A DNA stretch of 64,000 nt from Octopus vulgaris (Eukaryota): positions 41,106,001 through 41,170,000 of the forward strand of contig OX597825.1 of assembly GCA_951406725.2 (NCBI GenBank). Direction: 5' to 3'. The notes under the pieces were generated by a model, which was given only the letters and a program-made list of their open reading frames with translations, did no database searches and had not been told where the DNA came from. A program made the translations under genes and the position numbers. Of the stretch, positions 29,876 through 42,105 are shown one piece after another. Numbering within the stretch: the first letter of the stretch is position 1; every line of letters starts with the position of its first letter.

Positions 29876-30118
29876 TAGGATTCTCACATCAACAATTACA
29901 TATAGGCTGTATCTCTGTGTCAAATTTTGACCAGGAGCCTCTACATTTATTATATGCTAATAACACACATGAATGCATGCATGTATGTGATGACAGGAAG
30001 TTTCTGCCAAATTTTCATAAAGAACCAGATAGCTAGAAGCTATGTGACTTCTACAGTGAGACTACTTGAAAACCATATGACTGATAAGTAAGCTTCTTAG
30101 TCACACACCTACACACCT

Positions 30119-30149
<31 letters not shown>

Positions 30150-30806
30150 CACACACACAAACAGAATAAGATAGCAATGTGAATATAAAGACCTCTCCTG
30201 ATGCAATATCTCTGTTCTCTGTTGCATCGCAGTAATCAGTGTGTCTCTATATTGTTGTCTATATTTTCATCTGTTTATGTATATACATTCTTATTAATTT
30301 CATACAGATGAACATACACATTTAAGACACATAGTGAGTCCAAGTAATCATTGCAAAATATATTTTCATTTTAACCTCTATTTTCTAGTAGAAGTAGTTA
30401 ATATGACTATCAAAAGCAGAGAAATATCTAAAATGTATCAACTGAACAAAATCCTATTTCTTTATATCTCTCATGAACTTCGAGCATTTAATATTCTCTG
30501 TACATTATGTTGTTGAATTTTACAGTATGTTATTAACACTGACATATCTTTAGGCCATCTGTTGTACATTGAGATAAATATGGAATTTTCTAGGCTACAA
30601 AATTCTTAGATCTCTCTCCAAGTTCTAGAGAAATAATTTACTGAAATATTCCAGTTACAATATTTGGATTATGCTATCTTACATCTTACTTGGAACTTTG
30701 CAAAATACGAGTAAAATCTTAATGTGTGCTCATGTATGTATGTATGTATGTATGTATGTATGTATGTATGTATGTATGTATGTATGTATGTACGTATGTA
30801 TGTATG

Positions 30807-30838
<32 letters not shown>

Positions 30839-31852
30839 CATGCATGTATGCATGGAATGGATGTATGTATGTATATATGTATGTATGCATGTATGTATGC
30901 ATGGAATGGATGTATGTATGTATGTATGCATGTATGTATGCATGGAATGGATGTATTATCATCATTTCATAATCATTTGATATCTGTTTATGTATGAATT
31001 TATGTATGTAGGTATATAGCATCCTCCTTTATCTCCTCCTCATCACCATCACCATTCTCAACATCCTCCACATCATCATCATATTTAAAGTCCATTTATG
31101 CATGCATTTTTGTATGCATCATCCTCCTTGTTCACCTCTTTACCCTCCTCTTCAATGTCCATCTTCCATACTGGTATGAGAGGGATGGTTTTACACGAAT
31201 TGTGGGTAGTAGTTGAAAGAGTGAATGAGGGGGTGAAAGGTAGAAAATAGGTGACAGGGTTAATATTATGAAAAACAGGTACTGAAGTTTGATGAACAGT
31301 GAAGGCAGTAAAGAGTAGGGTGACAATTGTAGAAATAGGGTAAAGTTAATGTGTGGATGTTGTGCATAATAGACAAGTGATGCAGCTGAATAAAGATAAA
31401 TATGGTTTGGGGAAGGTGGGGGGAATAGGTGATAATGGAAAATGCTCAAAAGGAGATTAAGAGTAGCAGAATAGTAATAATGGCACAGAAGACAGGGAAA
31501 GGGTGAGAGGAGATGAAACAGAGAGTAAGAGATATGGTGCTTGTTAAGGGTTATCAATATAAAATGTGGGTACAGGGAACAATATTATGAATGAGAAATG
31601 AGTAACAAGTGAAATGGCTCCAGGTAGTAAGAAAGATAACTGATATCAAGAAAAAACTGGGAAAGCATGCAATTCCATACACCTATAATTACAGCTGAAT
31701 ACTGAAAGTAGAGAGATAGCAGGTGGTGGGGATGTCTTGAGATGGGAAATTAAACTGATTGCTTCAGTTGGGCATACGGAAGTGTGTATGTATGCATGTG
31801 TGTGTGTGTGTTTGTGTGTGTAGTTGGGTATATAGATATATATGTGTGTGTG

Positions 31853-31919
<67 letters not shown>

Positions 31920-32399
31920 AGAAAGATAGATATAGATATATATTTATTTATTTATTTACTTATTTTTTAAATGCAATATATGTTTTCATGTGCTACTATC
32001 AGTTTCATATGCTGAAAGCATGCCAGATAGTATTTTAAACACATTTGGTGACCTAGCACAATTTTCAGGCACTGCCCATATGACATAACAAACTAAAAAT
32101 AGGATGATAGAATGATAGAAAAGGTGAGAAAGATGTAAATATAAAATGTAGAAAGTTGAAAAACCGGAAAGTGAAAAAGAAAACAGAAAGAAGCAATGTG
32201 TGTGTGTAGGGGTGGGGATAGAGTTATTTCCCTTTAGACAGTAAAATATAAGGCTGAAAAGATAATGGCTTAGAGTCTATGACACAGTTGTTCAATCGTG
32301 AGACGGGTGGCACTTCCCATACTTAACTGGCCAACTTAGTAGCCTTACTTTTGTCCCAGTGTCAGATAGGGAAATATGATTAGTATTGTGATTTTTGAA

Positions 32400-33860
32400 C
32401 ACTTGCAATCCTTCAACAGATGAAGAGGGACTTAGAGGCAGCATTGCTTGGAAAGCCACCTGTTACTGTGTCTGCAATCTCACGCAGACTATGAAGTTGG
32501 CCAAAGATGCCCCAGGTGCAAGAAATGCCCCAAGAACTCTGGAAAAGCTTTAGGAGTACGTAATTGGTTAATAGAAGAGGGAATCATCGGCCATTTCATA
32601 TTCATTGATAAATGCAGGTACAGGCGGTCTTTTGGATGAGTCCCTTGAGACGTTCCTATTTGCCAAGTTTTCAACTGTCAGCATGGGAAAAACTGCAATG
32701 TCACTTTCGCAGTGTTAGGAGAAATCAGCTTGGTTCACCTCTCCTTTGTCAATGATACTGTTACACAAAACTCTTTTGAGGAGTTCTTGGCAGAAATAGT
32801 TTGAGCATGTGCTGACATTTTCCTAGTAGATGAATCTAGGACAACATGAGGCCACACGTTCATGCCGAGCTCCCAGCTGGTTCCAACCCATGGATCAATC
32901 TGAAACTCCTGCCCCACTACTCACTGTTTCTTAATTGTACAGAAATGGCACATTGTACCTTTAAGGCAGCTGTCAAGCAGGACCTCACTCAAGCTGAGTT
33001 GCAGCAAAAGGTTGGCGACTGGGCAGCTGCAGATGCCGGCATGACCATGGAAGAATGGCAAGCATATGTCATGAAAGAGGTCGCAAGGCGTAACATTGAG
33101 GCTGTCACTCCAGAAAATTGTGCCCATTGGTATAGACACACCCAGACCTACCTTCCGAGATGCCTAAGCCACCAGGAAAAGACAGCTAAATCCTTTCAAA
33201 TGAACCCTCCTTATCAAGACTGTAAATCAATAATTATCTTAGAGTACATAGCACCCTTTCCCTGATGGAAGAAAAAATGCAAAATCAAAGAAATATATAC
33301 TTTTCTCAACAAAACATATTATGCAAAAGAAGAACACATATCACAACATAATGTATTCAAAATAAAGAAAATGAGCATTTGTTGTAATTGTGAGTTTCTC
33401 TAAAAAAGTTGAAAAGGCTGGAATGCGATTTCATGAAGTCTTTAACAATACATGTACCTATGCAAAAATAAAAGAACACACAGAAACAACATGGGCACGA
33501 TAGAGTGCTTAAAGCACAAACAATGGATGAAAACACATGTATATGATAACAATGATCATGAGATAAAACCAAAACAGCCACGTGCTTATTTGAGTGCTCG
33601 AAGTGTTAAATAGATTGCTCCAAAACGAATTTGAATGCTCAAGAAGATGCTTCCTTGCATTCTGACTAATTTGAATGCTGTCAACAGACATTTTGATTTG
33701 AATGATGTAAATGCTAAATTTCTATGACTGGAATTGAATAATCGGAAAACGAATTTGAATGACTAACTTCATGGCGCTAACTTTTTTCACGACTTTGAAT
33801 GACTCAATTATCAAACTGGATGACAAACATACGAAAATGATTGCAAAAACCTCTACTACT
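32400..33860 (+). mobile_element. Tc1/IS630-like DDE transposon relic
   Basis: ORF 32846-33265 LLPHYSLFLNCTEMAHCTFKAAVK resembles LPPYSPxLNPIE. Upstream FIFIDKCR is DE-motif-like. The 3' part has repeated AAAACGAATTTGAATG. Confidence 0.7.
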
Positions 33861-33980
33861 CTTTTCATGGAAAACAGGAGAGGGTGGAACACTCAGAAAT
33901 ACCCACCACAGCCTTAGTGGGGGTGGGATGAACTGCATGCCTTATTTTCCTAGTTACTCTTTACCACTAATATCCACCTA

Positions 33981-34055
<75 letters not shown>

Positions 34056-34118
34056 ATATATATATATAACCCATGCTAGCATGGAAAGCAGATGCTAAGT
34101 GATGATGATGATGATACA

Positions 34119-34197
<79 letters not shown>

Positions 34198-34224
34198 ACA
34201 CATATATATATATGTATATACACA

Positions 34225-34590
34225 TGAGGGGTATTCATTAAAGATTTCTCCTGACCCACTTCTGGCTATTGCAGGAAATAGAGCTTATACATAAATAATT
34301 ATACATGTCTCTACATATCACATCACATTGTTAATTTTAGATTTCCACTAGTATTCATTGGTCTTTTATGGATGCTGAAGTGGTCTAAGGTGTTATAAAG
34401 GAGGCAGTTGAATGCAGATCAGTGATCTAGTTCTTATGCTTGAATGGTCATACACCAAAAGAAACTCTCGATGAAATAGAAGTTTATGGTGGATATGCAC
34501 CACCATACGATGTAGTCGAGCCCTGGCACCACCAGTTCAGATGTGGTTGGATATTGATGGAAACTGCTTCTATTCTTGGTGAATGATCAT
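34225..34590 (+). mobile_element. Mariner 5' fragment (HTH region)
   Basis: VECRSVI*FLCLNGHTPKETLDEI..VYGGYAPPYDVVEPWHHQFRCG; TIR-like TGAGGGGTATTCA start. Confidence 0.7.
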
Positions 34591-35180
34591 TCTGTTCATT
34601 ATGTTGTGGAAGAGATTTGAGGGATTCTCAACTATTTCACCACATAATGAAGATAAATTACCATTCACAAGATGGCATGTTAAAAGTTGTCTATATATTC
34701 TTTCTTGTAATAGAGAAAACTTCAGCTTTTAATTTGATATATCCTTTGTGTATCTATCCATGTATAGATGCACTTGGTGTACCTTGGTACTAAACAATAA
34801 AATACTGATTTTATCACCAGCTGTTTTGGTTTTTTTAACAGAAATTGTCTGAAGATTCTCCTGTTTGATAGCTTCCATATGAAGCATTACACTATCAAAT
34901 CTGGCTAAATTAATTGTGTTAGTGCTGATTTACACAATTTTACCAATAATGATTGGCAAACAAAAGAAAACAATACAGATGCAGATGAAAATAAAAATCA
35001 ACAATTTGACATTCCATCACCAAGCATATATATATATTATATAAAGCTGTGTGTATCATTAGTTTTTCTCACAGTGTGCCCAGTGATCTTTCTCTACTGT
35101 GTAGTTGACAAAATCAAAAAGAAACAATATGCAGGTGCGAAATTAAAAGTACAAAATTGCAACAATTTACTTATTGCACC

Positions 35181-35219
<39 letters not shown>

Positions 35220-35341
35220 ATTCTTGTTCATTAGAAATTTTTCCTATCATGCCTGTATTAATTTTGTGATTCTTCAGTGGCTTATTAATATTTTGACTTC
35301 TATTTTTAGCAAAGTAGGTGCAAATGTAGTGCCCTAGTATA

Positions 35342-35377
<36 letters not shown>

Positions 35378-35479
35378 TGTATGTAGGTAGGTAGGTAGGT
35401 ATGCATGTAAAAATATAATAAGAAATAGAATATCCTTGGTGCAATATTATATATTTCAGAAATAATTGGATGTTTATTA

Positions 35480-35665
35480 AGGTAATGAGCTGGCAGAATC
35501 GTTAACGTGCTGGGCAAAATGCTTAGTGGAACTTCATCTGTCTCTACAGTGTGAATTCCAATTCGACTGAGGTCAAATTTGCCTTTCATCCTCTCGGAGT
35601 CAATTGAATATGTACCAGTTGAGCACTCCTCGAAATTGCTGTCCTTGTGCCAAAATTTGGGAGCC
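35480..35665 (+). mobile_element. Second SINE family (GAGCTGGCAGAATCGTTA head); copies at 44226-44395 and 56577-56757
   Basis: Shared TTTGCCTTTCATCC...GTCAATAAAATAAGTACCAGTT blocks across the three copies. Confidence 0.8.
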
Positions 35666-36835
35666 AAGTGAAACTGTTGGTATGGCTTATGCCAGTGTTG
35701 CATGACTGGCACCCATGCCAATGGCATGTAAAAAGCACCCTTTGGACGTTGGTCCTCACAGAAGCTGTGACATGTGACTTAGATATTTAGCGATATACCA
35801 TTCTCGAGAAAACTTGTCGAACCAAGTGAGATCATATTCATGGCCAATACTGATGTTACGTAACTGACACCCATGCCACTGATGCATAAAAAGCACCCTC
35901 TAACTATTGGAGTGGTTGGTGGTAGGAATGGCATCAAGCCATAGAAACAATGTGAAATCAGACTGAAATCTTGTACAGCTCCCCAGCTTACCAGTTTTCA
36001 GTCAAAACCTTCCAACCCATGGAAAATGGATGGTAAATGGTGATGATGATGAATTAGATGTTTATAACCCAGGTAGAGTTGGATAAAACTGTGTTTCTGG
36101 CCTATGGTTGGTAAGTATCAAATTGTAAATTCCAGTTGTGTACATTGAGAAAACCAACCCTATGAGTATTTAGCACCTTGAGGCTGATCCAAAGCACGTG
36201 TTACATTGAATTGTATGTTGTTATCAAATGAATAATAACAGACAATGGATAATTGTCAGTGATGCAGGTGCATACGTAGTACCCTTGTACATATGTATGT
36301 GTGTGTGTGTGTGTATATCTTATATTCATTTATTCATTTACTTCTTTCAATCATTTGACTGTGGCCATGCTGGAGCACCACATTTAGTCAACCAAATCAA
36401 CCCCAGTAGTTATTCTTTGTAAGTCTAGTACTTATTCAATCAGTCTCTTTTGCTAAACAGTTAGGTTACTGGGACATAAACACAGCAACATCAGTTGTCA
36501 AGCAATGGTGGAGGGACAATCACACAGTCAAAAATATATAAGTATATATATCGATGAGCTTCTTTCAGTTTCTGTCTACCAAATCCACTCACAAGGCTTT
36601 GGTCAGCCTGAGGCTATAGTGGAAGACACTTGCCCAAGGTGCTACACACTGCAACTGAACCCAGAACCACATGGATGGGAAGCAAGCTTCTTAACACACA
36701 GCCATGTTGCAACTATATATATATATATATATATACCCGGAGTAAACACATAAATGTGAAACAAGGTGGAAAAAAGAGTACTCAAATACCAGTAGTAGAG
36801 TAATATGCTTTATTTTAAGCAGCAGAAAATTCAAC

Positions 36836-36883
36836 AAAATCTGTTACTCTGAGTTTCTCGTTGCCGTTCATCAGACAGTTTTT
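36836..36883 (-). ncRNA. Minimal type I hammerhead ribozyme in a Penelope pLTR
   Basis: AAAAACTGT-CTGATGA-ACG(GCAA)CGA-GAAA-CTC(A)GAG-TA-ACAGATTTT: intact core, GNRA-capped stem II, near-palindromic stem III, GUA cleavage triplet. Confidence 0.8.
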
Positions 36884-37888
36884 GCTAGAATGGAACATAT
36901 ATATTAATTCAATCTATACTCTTACAAACGCTACACCTTTAAAAAGAAATGGACTTGTTTGATTGGCCCTTTAGAAAAAACGGTCAATCTTCGAGCGATA
37001 AACAAAAAGGTCAAAAATATATGTATATATATATAAAAACTTATAAAAATTATAAAATCCGAGGAAAATACCGAGGAAAAAACCTGTTGCCGTTAATGAA
37101 GACAGTACAAATTAATGCATAGAAATTAAACCTGTTATAAATACTGCAATACATATTTATATTAAAATCCACATATATATATCAACATACACAAAAGGAT
37201 GCGCGTAAACGCCATACATACATATACAGACGTATGAATATGAATCTAAATTATACACATAAAAGCATGTGTACATATATTCACGCAAACCGTCTCGCAC
37301 GCAAGCTAAAATTCATCTATGTAGCAATTCTCATATACTGAGCAAGGAGGGGGAACGAAAGAAAGGGAAAGAGAGAAAAAGGAACGGAGGAGGGGTGGGG
37401 AAAAAAACTTGTAGCGATGTTATTTGGCATCTATAGAGGCCAGTATACATACACAAGTTTGAATTGATACATATACATACCGTCGTGTATATGTGTGCTT
37501 AAGCACAAGCATACTTTCACTTACACATACACAGATACGCATGCTTACAAATACATATGCTTTGCTATACACAAACTTATATAAACATTCTAAATTTGAC
37601 AACATTGCTTTTTTATAAAAAAACATTGCTTTTAAAAAATGGGTGCATTAATAAAAATATATACGAAAGACCTATAAAATAAAATATAACATCCTATTTT
37701 GGGTCATTTATAAATAATCAAGGTAATATAAATAATCAAGGTAATCTTATGCAATACAATAACATGAAAACAAAGTTTGTAGGTTTTTCCTAATATATAT
37801 GTAGAAACAATAAGACTTTGCTATAGGTCCGTTGTAGCGCTCAAGAGTCAAAATCAAAATCAAAAAATCAAAATACAAAATATATACT

Positions 37889-38339
37889 CTATCCATATGG
37901 TATATTTATATTCGACATTTTAAATTTAGCCTTGTGCCTACATAAGTTCATTAATTCACTTCTTTGATTCAAAGAATTATTGTCTTTGAATAATATGTGC
38001 ATTTTTTCTAATAAGCAAAGCCTGCACTTGAAATTATATTTGTAAGCTCCATGCCTGTATGGTGCCGCCCTGTCCAGAATGCTCCATGTCACGTTGAAAG
38101 GTGGGGCTTCCTTTTCTTTTAGTTCCCAGACATATTTTGCTAGGCTGGTTTTCTTTCTATTCTCTGGGTATTTAAAAGAATTCTTATGAGAATAAAATCT
38201 TGTTTTAAATGAATTTTCTGAAGCCCCTGTGTATGTCTTGTATTCCGATGAGCCTTCCACTTGCACCTTGGCTCTATAAACTACTCCTTTCACTAGACAT
38301 TTCCCTTCTAACGGACAGGAGCTTTCGTTTTTGCAATTA
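37889..38339 (-). CDS. Penelope-like GIY-YIG endonuclease C-terminal fragment (5'-truncated)
   Basis: NCKNESSCPLEGKCLVKGVVYRAKV...KTYTGASENSFKTRFYSHK...CRLCLLEK...LNQRSELMNLCRHK. Confidence 0.85.
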
Positions 38340-38819
38340 GGGTCATAAATTCTACAGAATATTTAATAGAAGAACCCTGAAGGTTAGCTATTCTTGTTGC
38401 AGAAATTTCGCCTCTTACATTAGCCAACATAATAGGAAGCTAATTGAGATTAGACATGGTGCCGAGCCCATTAAGAAATGTAATTTCAAAAACGAAAGCT
38501 CCTGTCCGTTAGAAGGGAAATGTCTAGTGAAAGGAGTAGTTTATAGAGCCAAGGTGCTATGAAGAGCATTCACCCATAGAGACCATGCCAAACGAGACTG
38601 GAGTCTTCTGCAGATCCTCAGCTTCCCGGCCCAGGTCACACTGTCCAACCCATGCCAGATTGTAAAACAGATGTTAAATGATGATGATGATGATGATGAT
38701 GAGATGCATGTATATGTACATGTATGTGTGTGTGTATGCATGTGTATATATGTGTATATGTATGTGTTTGTATTTATATATATGTGTGTATGTGTGTGTG
38801 TATATATAGATATATATAT

Positions 38820-39240
38820 AGGAGTGGCTAGGCACAGAAAGTGCTCTGTGGTAAGTAGCTTATTTACCAACCACATGGATCCAGGTTCAATCCCACTGCA
38901 TGGTACCTTGGGTAAATGTCTTCTACTATAGCTGTGGGCTGACCAAAGCCTTGTGAGTGGATTTGGTAGATAGAAACTGAAAGAAGCCTGTTGTATTTAT
39001 GTGTGTGTGTGTGTGTGTGTGTGTGTCTGCATATGTGTCAGTGTTTATCTCCCTTCACCATGGCTTGACAACTGATGCTGGTGTGTTTATGTCCCCATAA
39101 CTTAGTGGTTCAGCAAAAGAGACCAATAGAATAAGTACTAGGCTTACAACGAATAAATCCTCGGGTCGATTCGTTCTACTTAAGTCAGTGCTCCTGCATG
39201 GCCACAGTTAAACTGACTGAAACAAATAAGAGAATAAGAG
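38820..39240 (+). mobile_element. Near full-length tRNA-headed SINE; similar copy at 41935-42280
   Basis: GTGGTAAGTAGC A-box region, GGTTCAATCCC B-box, internal (TG)n, ACTGAAACAA 3' end. Confidence 0.85.
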
Positions 39241-39324
39241 AATAAGCAAATGTATGTATGTATATGTATGTATGTATCTATGTATATGCATATATATTTG
39301 TATGTATGTATATATGTATGTGTG

Positions 39325-39356
<32 letters not shown>

Positions 39357-39414
39357 TATATATATATATATATATATGTGTGTATGTATATATATATATA
39401 TCTATATATATACA

Positions 39415-39445
<31 letters not shown>

Positions 39446-39979
39446 GACAAAGCATCACACAATAAGACAAAGCATCAATAATGAGTGAAAATACCTAAGC
39501 ACATAATGAGAGACAAGTACGAGACAAAATACCAAAAGCAGTCTAACTCCTCCTCCTCAGTTGTCAACATGTTTATTACTCCCTATTTTGTGCTTTCGCT
39601 TGTTATGTGTTTACATATTTTTCACTCATTGCTGATGTTCTGTTCTTATTGTGTATTTTTTTTCCTGGGCTTTTCTCTCATGGGCTTGCCTGTTTTTCGC
39701 TTGTTGGTGATGTCCTGTACTTAATGTGTATTTTTTATTTATTTATCATCATCATCATCATCATCATCATGATTTAGCGTCCGTTTTCCATGCTAGCATG
39801 GGTTGGACGGTTTAACTGGGGTCTGTGAAGCCGGAAGGCTTCATCAGGCCCAGTCAGATTTGGCAGTGTTTCTACGGCTGGATGCCCTTCCTAACGCCAA
39901 CCACTCCATGAGTGTAGTGGGTGCTTTTTACGTGCCACCTGCACAGGTGCCAGACAGAGCTGGCAAACGGCTACGAGCG

Positions 39980-40285
39980 GATGGTGCTTTTACGTGCCAA
40001 CGGCACGGGGGCCAGGCGAGGCTGGCAACGGACACGAATGGATGGTGCTTTTACGTGCCAACAGCACGGGGGCCAGGCGAGGCTGGCAACGGACACGAAC
40101 GGATGGTGCTTTTACGTGCCAACAGCACGGGGGCCAGGCGAGGCTGGCAACGGACACGAACGGATGGTGCTTTTATGTGCTACCAGCACAGGGGCCAGGC
40201 GAGGCTGGCAACGGACACAAGCAGATGGTGCTTTTACATGCCAACGGCACGGGGGCCAGGTGAGGCTGACAACGGACAAACGATT
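39980..40285. repeat. Five 61-bp tandem units in the RTE 3' UTR
   Basis: GATGGTGCTTTTA starts at 39980, 40041, 40102, 40163 and 40224. Confidence 0.95.
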
Positions 40286-40350
40286 GGATGGTTCACTTAA
40301 CCACAGCTGCAATTTCCACTGATGTTGATTTGGTTTAATTTTGACTGTTC

Positions 40351-41757
40351 TCACTGGTCTTGCCGGGTCTTCTCACGCACAGCATACTTCCATAGGTCTC
40401 GGTCTCTAGTCATTTCCTTGGTGAGACCTAAAGTTCGAAGGTCGTGCTTCACCACCTCGTCCCAGGTTTTCCTGGGTATACCTCTTCCACAGGTTCCCTC
40501 AACTGCTAGAGTGTGGCACTTTTGCACACAACTATCTTCACCCATTCTCGTCACATGCCCATACCAGCGCAGACGTCTCTCTTGCGCACCACAACTGATG
40601 CTTCTTAAGTTCAACTTTTCTCTCAAGGTACTTACACTCTGTCGATTATGAACACTGACATTACACATCCATCGGAGCATACTCGCTTCATTTCTTGCGA
40701 GCTTACGCATATCCTCAGCAGTCACAGCCCATGTTTCACTACCACGTAGCATGGCTGTACGTACACATGCATCATACAGTCTGCCTTTTACTCTGAGCGA
40801 GAGGCCTTTTGTCACCAGCTGAGGTAAGAGCTCTCTAAACTTTGCCCAGGCTATTCTTACTCTAGCAGTTACACTTTCAGCACACCCACCCCTGCTACTG
40901 ACTTGGTCACCTAGGTAGCGGAAGCTATCAACTACTTCTAGTTTTTCTCCCTGGAACATGGTAGACGTTGGTCTCTGCACATTTTCAGTGTTTATTGCTC
41001 CTTTGCATCTGCCACAGACAAAAACTATTTTCCTAGTTAGCCTTCCTTTGACATTGCTACACCTCTTATGTGTCCATAGCTTGCACTTGGTGCACCTTAT
41101 AGAGTTTCTACCTACACCTTTTTTACAGATCGAGCAGGGCCATCTACCTGAAGGCGTTTGTGACTTGTCTACTTTCCTACTTATTAGGACTTTGGTTTTG
41201 GCTAGATTGATTCTGAGGCCCTTCGATTCTAGACCTTGCTTCCACACCTGAAACTTCTCCTCCAGTTCTGATAGTGACTCAGCAATTAGAGCAAGGTCAT
41301 CAGCATAGAAGAGCTCCCAGGGGCATCCTGTCTTGAATTCCTCCGTTATTGCCTGGAGGACTATGATAAATAGGAGGGGACTGAGGACTGAACCTTGGTG
41401 GACCCCAACCTCTACCCGGAATTCTTCACTGTACTCGTTGCCAACCCTAACCTTACTAGCAGCGTCTCTGTACATGGCTCGTACAGCTCTAACTAACCAT
41501 TCATCTATCCCTAGTTTCCTCATTGACCACCAGATAAGGGATCGGGGAACCCTGTCAAAGGCTTTCTCCATGTCAACAAAAGCCAGGTACAGGGGCTTAT
41601 CTTTGGCTAGGTATTTCTCCTGCAGCTGTCTTACCAGGAATATGGCATCAGTAGTACTTCTCCCTGGCACGAACCCAAACTGCATCTCATCTAAACTAAT
41701 TCTCTCTCTAATTAGTTGGGCTATAACCCTGTCCGTAACCTTCATTACCTGATCCAA
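40351..41757 (-). CDS. RTE reverse transcriptase (partial) with an embedded PHD-type finger
   Basis: QFGFVPGRST, FVDMEKAFDRV, GVHQGSVLSP, FYADD, FRYLG, RLRWYGHV motifs; C4HC3 at 41005-41136. Confidence 0.95.
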   Translation of the reverse strand: MDQVMKVTDRVIAQLIRERISLDEMQFGFVPGRSTTDAIFLVRQLQEKYLAKDKPLYLAFVDMEKAFDRVPRSLIWWSMRKLGIDEWLVRAVRAMYRDAASKVRVGNEYSEEFRVEVGVHQGSVLSPLLFIIVLQAITEEFKTGCPWELFYADDLALIAESLSELEEKFQVWKQGLESKGLRINLAKTKVLISRKVDKSQTPSGRWPCSICKKGVGRNSIRCTKCKLWTHKRCSNVKGRLTRKIVFVCGRCKGAINTENVQRPTSTMFQGEKLEVVDSFRYLGDQVSSRGGCAESVTARVRIAWAKFRELLPQLVTKGLSLRVKGRLYDACVRTAMLRGSETWAVTAEDMRKLARNEASMLRWMCNVSVHNRQSVSTLREKLNLRSISCGAQERRLRWYGHVTRMGEDSCVQKCHTLAVEGTCGRGIPRKTWDEVVKHDLRTLGLTKEMTRDRDLWKYAVREKTRQDQ

Positions 41758-42059
41758 CAGCTTTATACCCCTGTAGTTTCTTTGTATCTAGGGCGTCACC
41801 TTTACCTTTGTAGCAGTTGACTATTATGCTGCTACACCAGTCATTGGGTATGACTCCTTCGTGTATCACCTGGTTAACTATATGGGTGAGTAGGCTATAG
41901 CCGACACTACCAGATATTTTGAGCATCTCTGCAGGCTTGGCTGCATGGTAAAAAGCTTGCTTCACAACTACATAGTTCTGGGTTCAGTCTACTATAGCCT
42001 CAGGCCAACCAAATCTTTGTGAGTGGATTCAGTTGACAGAAACTGAAAGAAGCCTGTTG

Positions 42060-42105
<46 letters not shown>

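Larger units (their letters stand above)
36735..38557 (-). mobile_element. Relatively young 5'-truncated Penelope-like element with a 5' inversion
   Basis: Open GIY-YIG frame, ~1.1-kb 3' region, pLTR hammerhead at 36836-36883. 38341-38557 is the upstream ORF segment on the + strand. Confidence 0.9.
39746..41932 (-). mobile_element. 5'-truncated RTE-clade LINE
   Basis: RT ORF with one frameshift near 41780, 3' UTR with 61-bp tandem repeats, (TGA)n tail. Confidence 0.95.
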
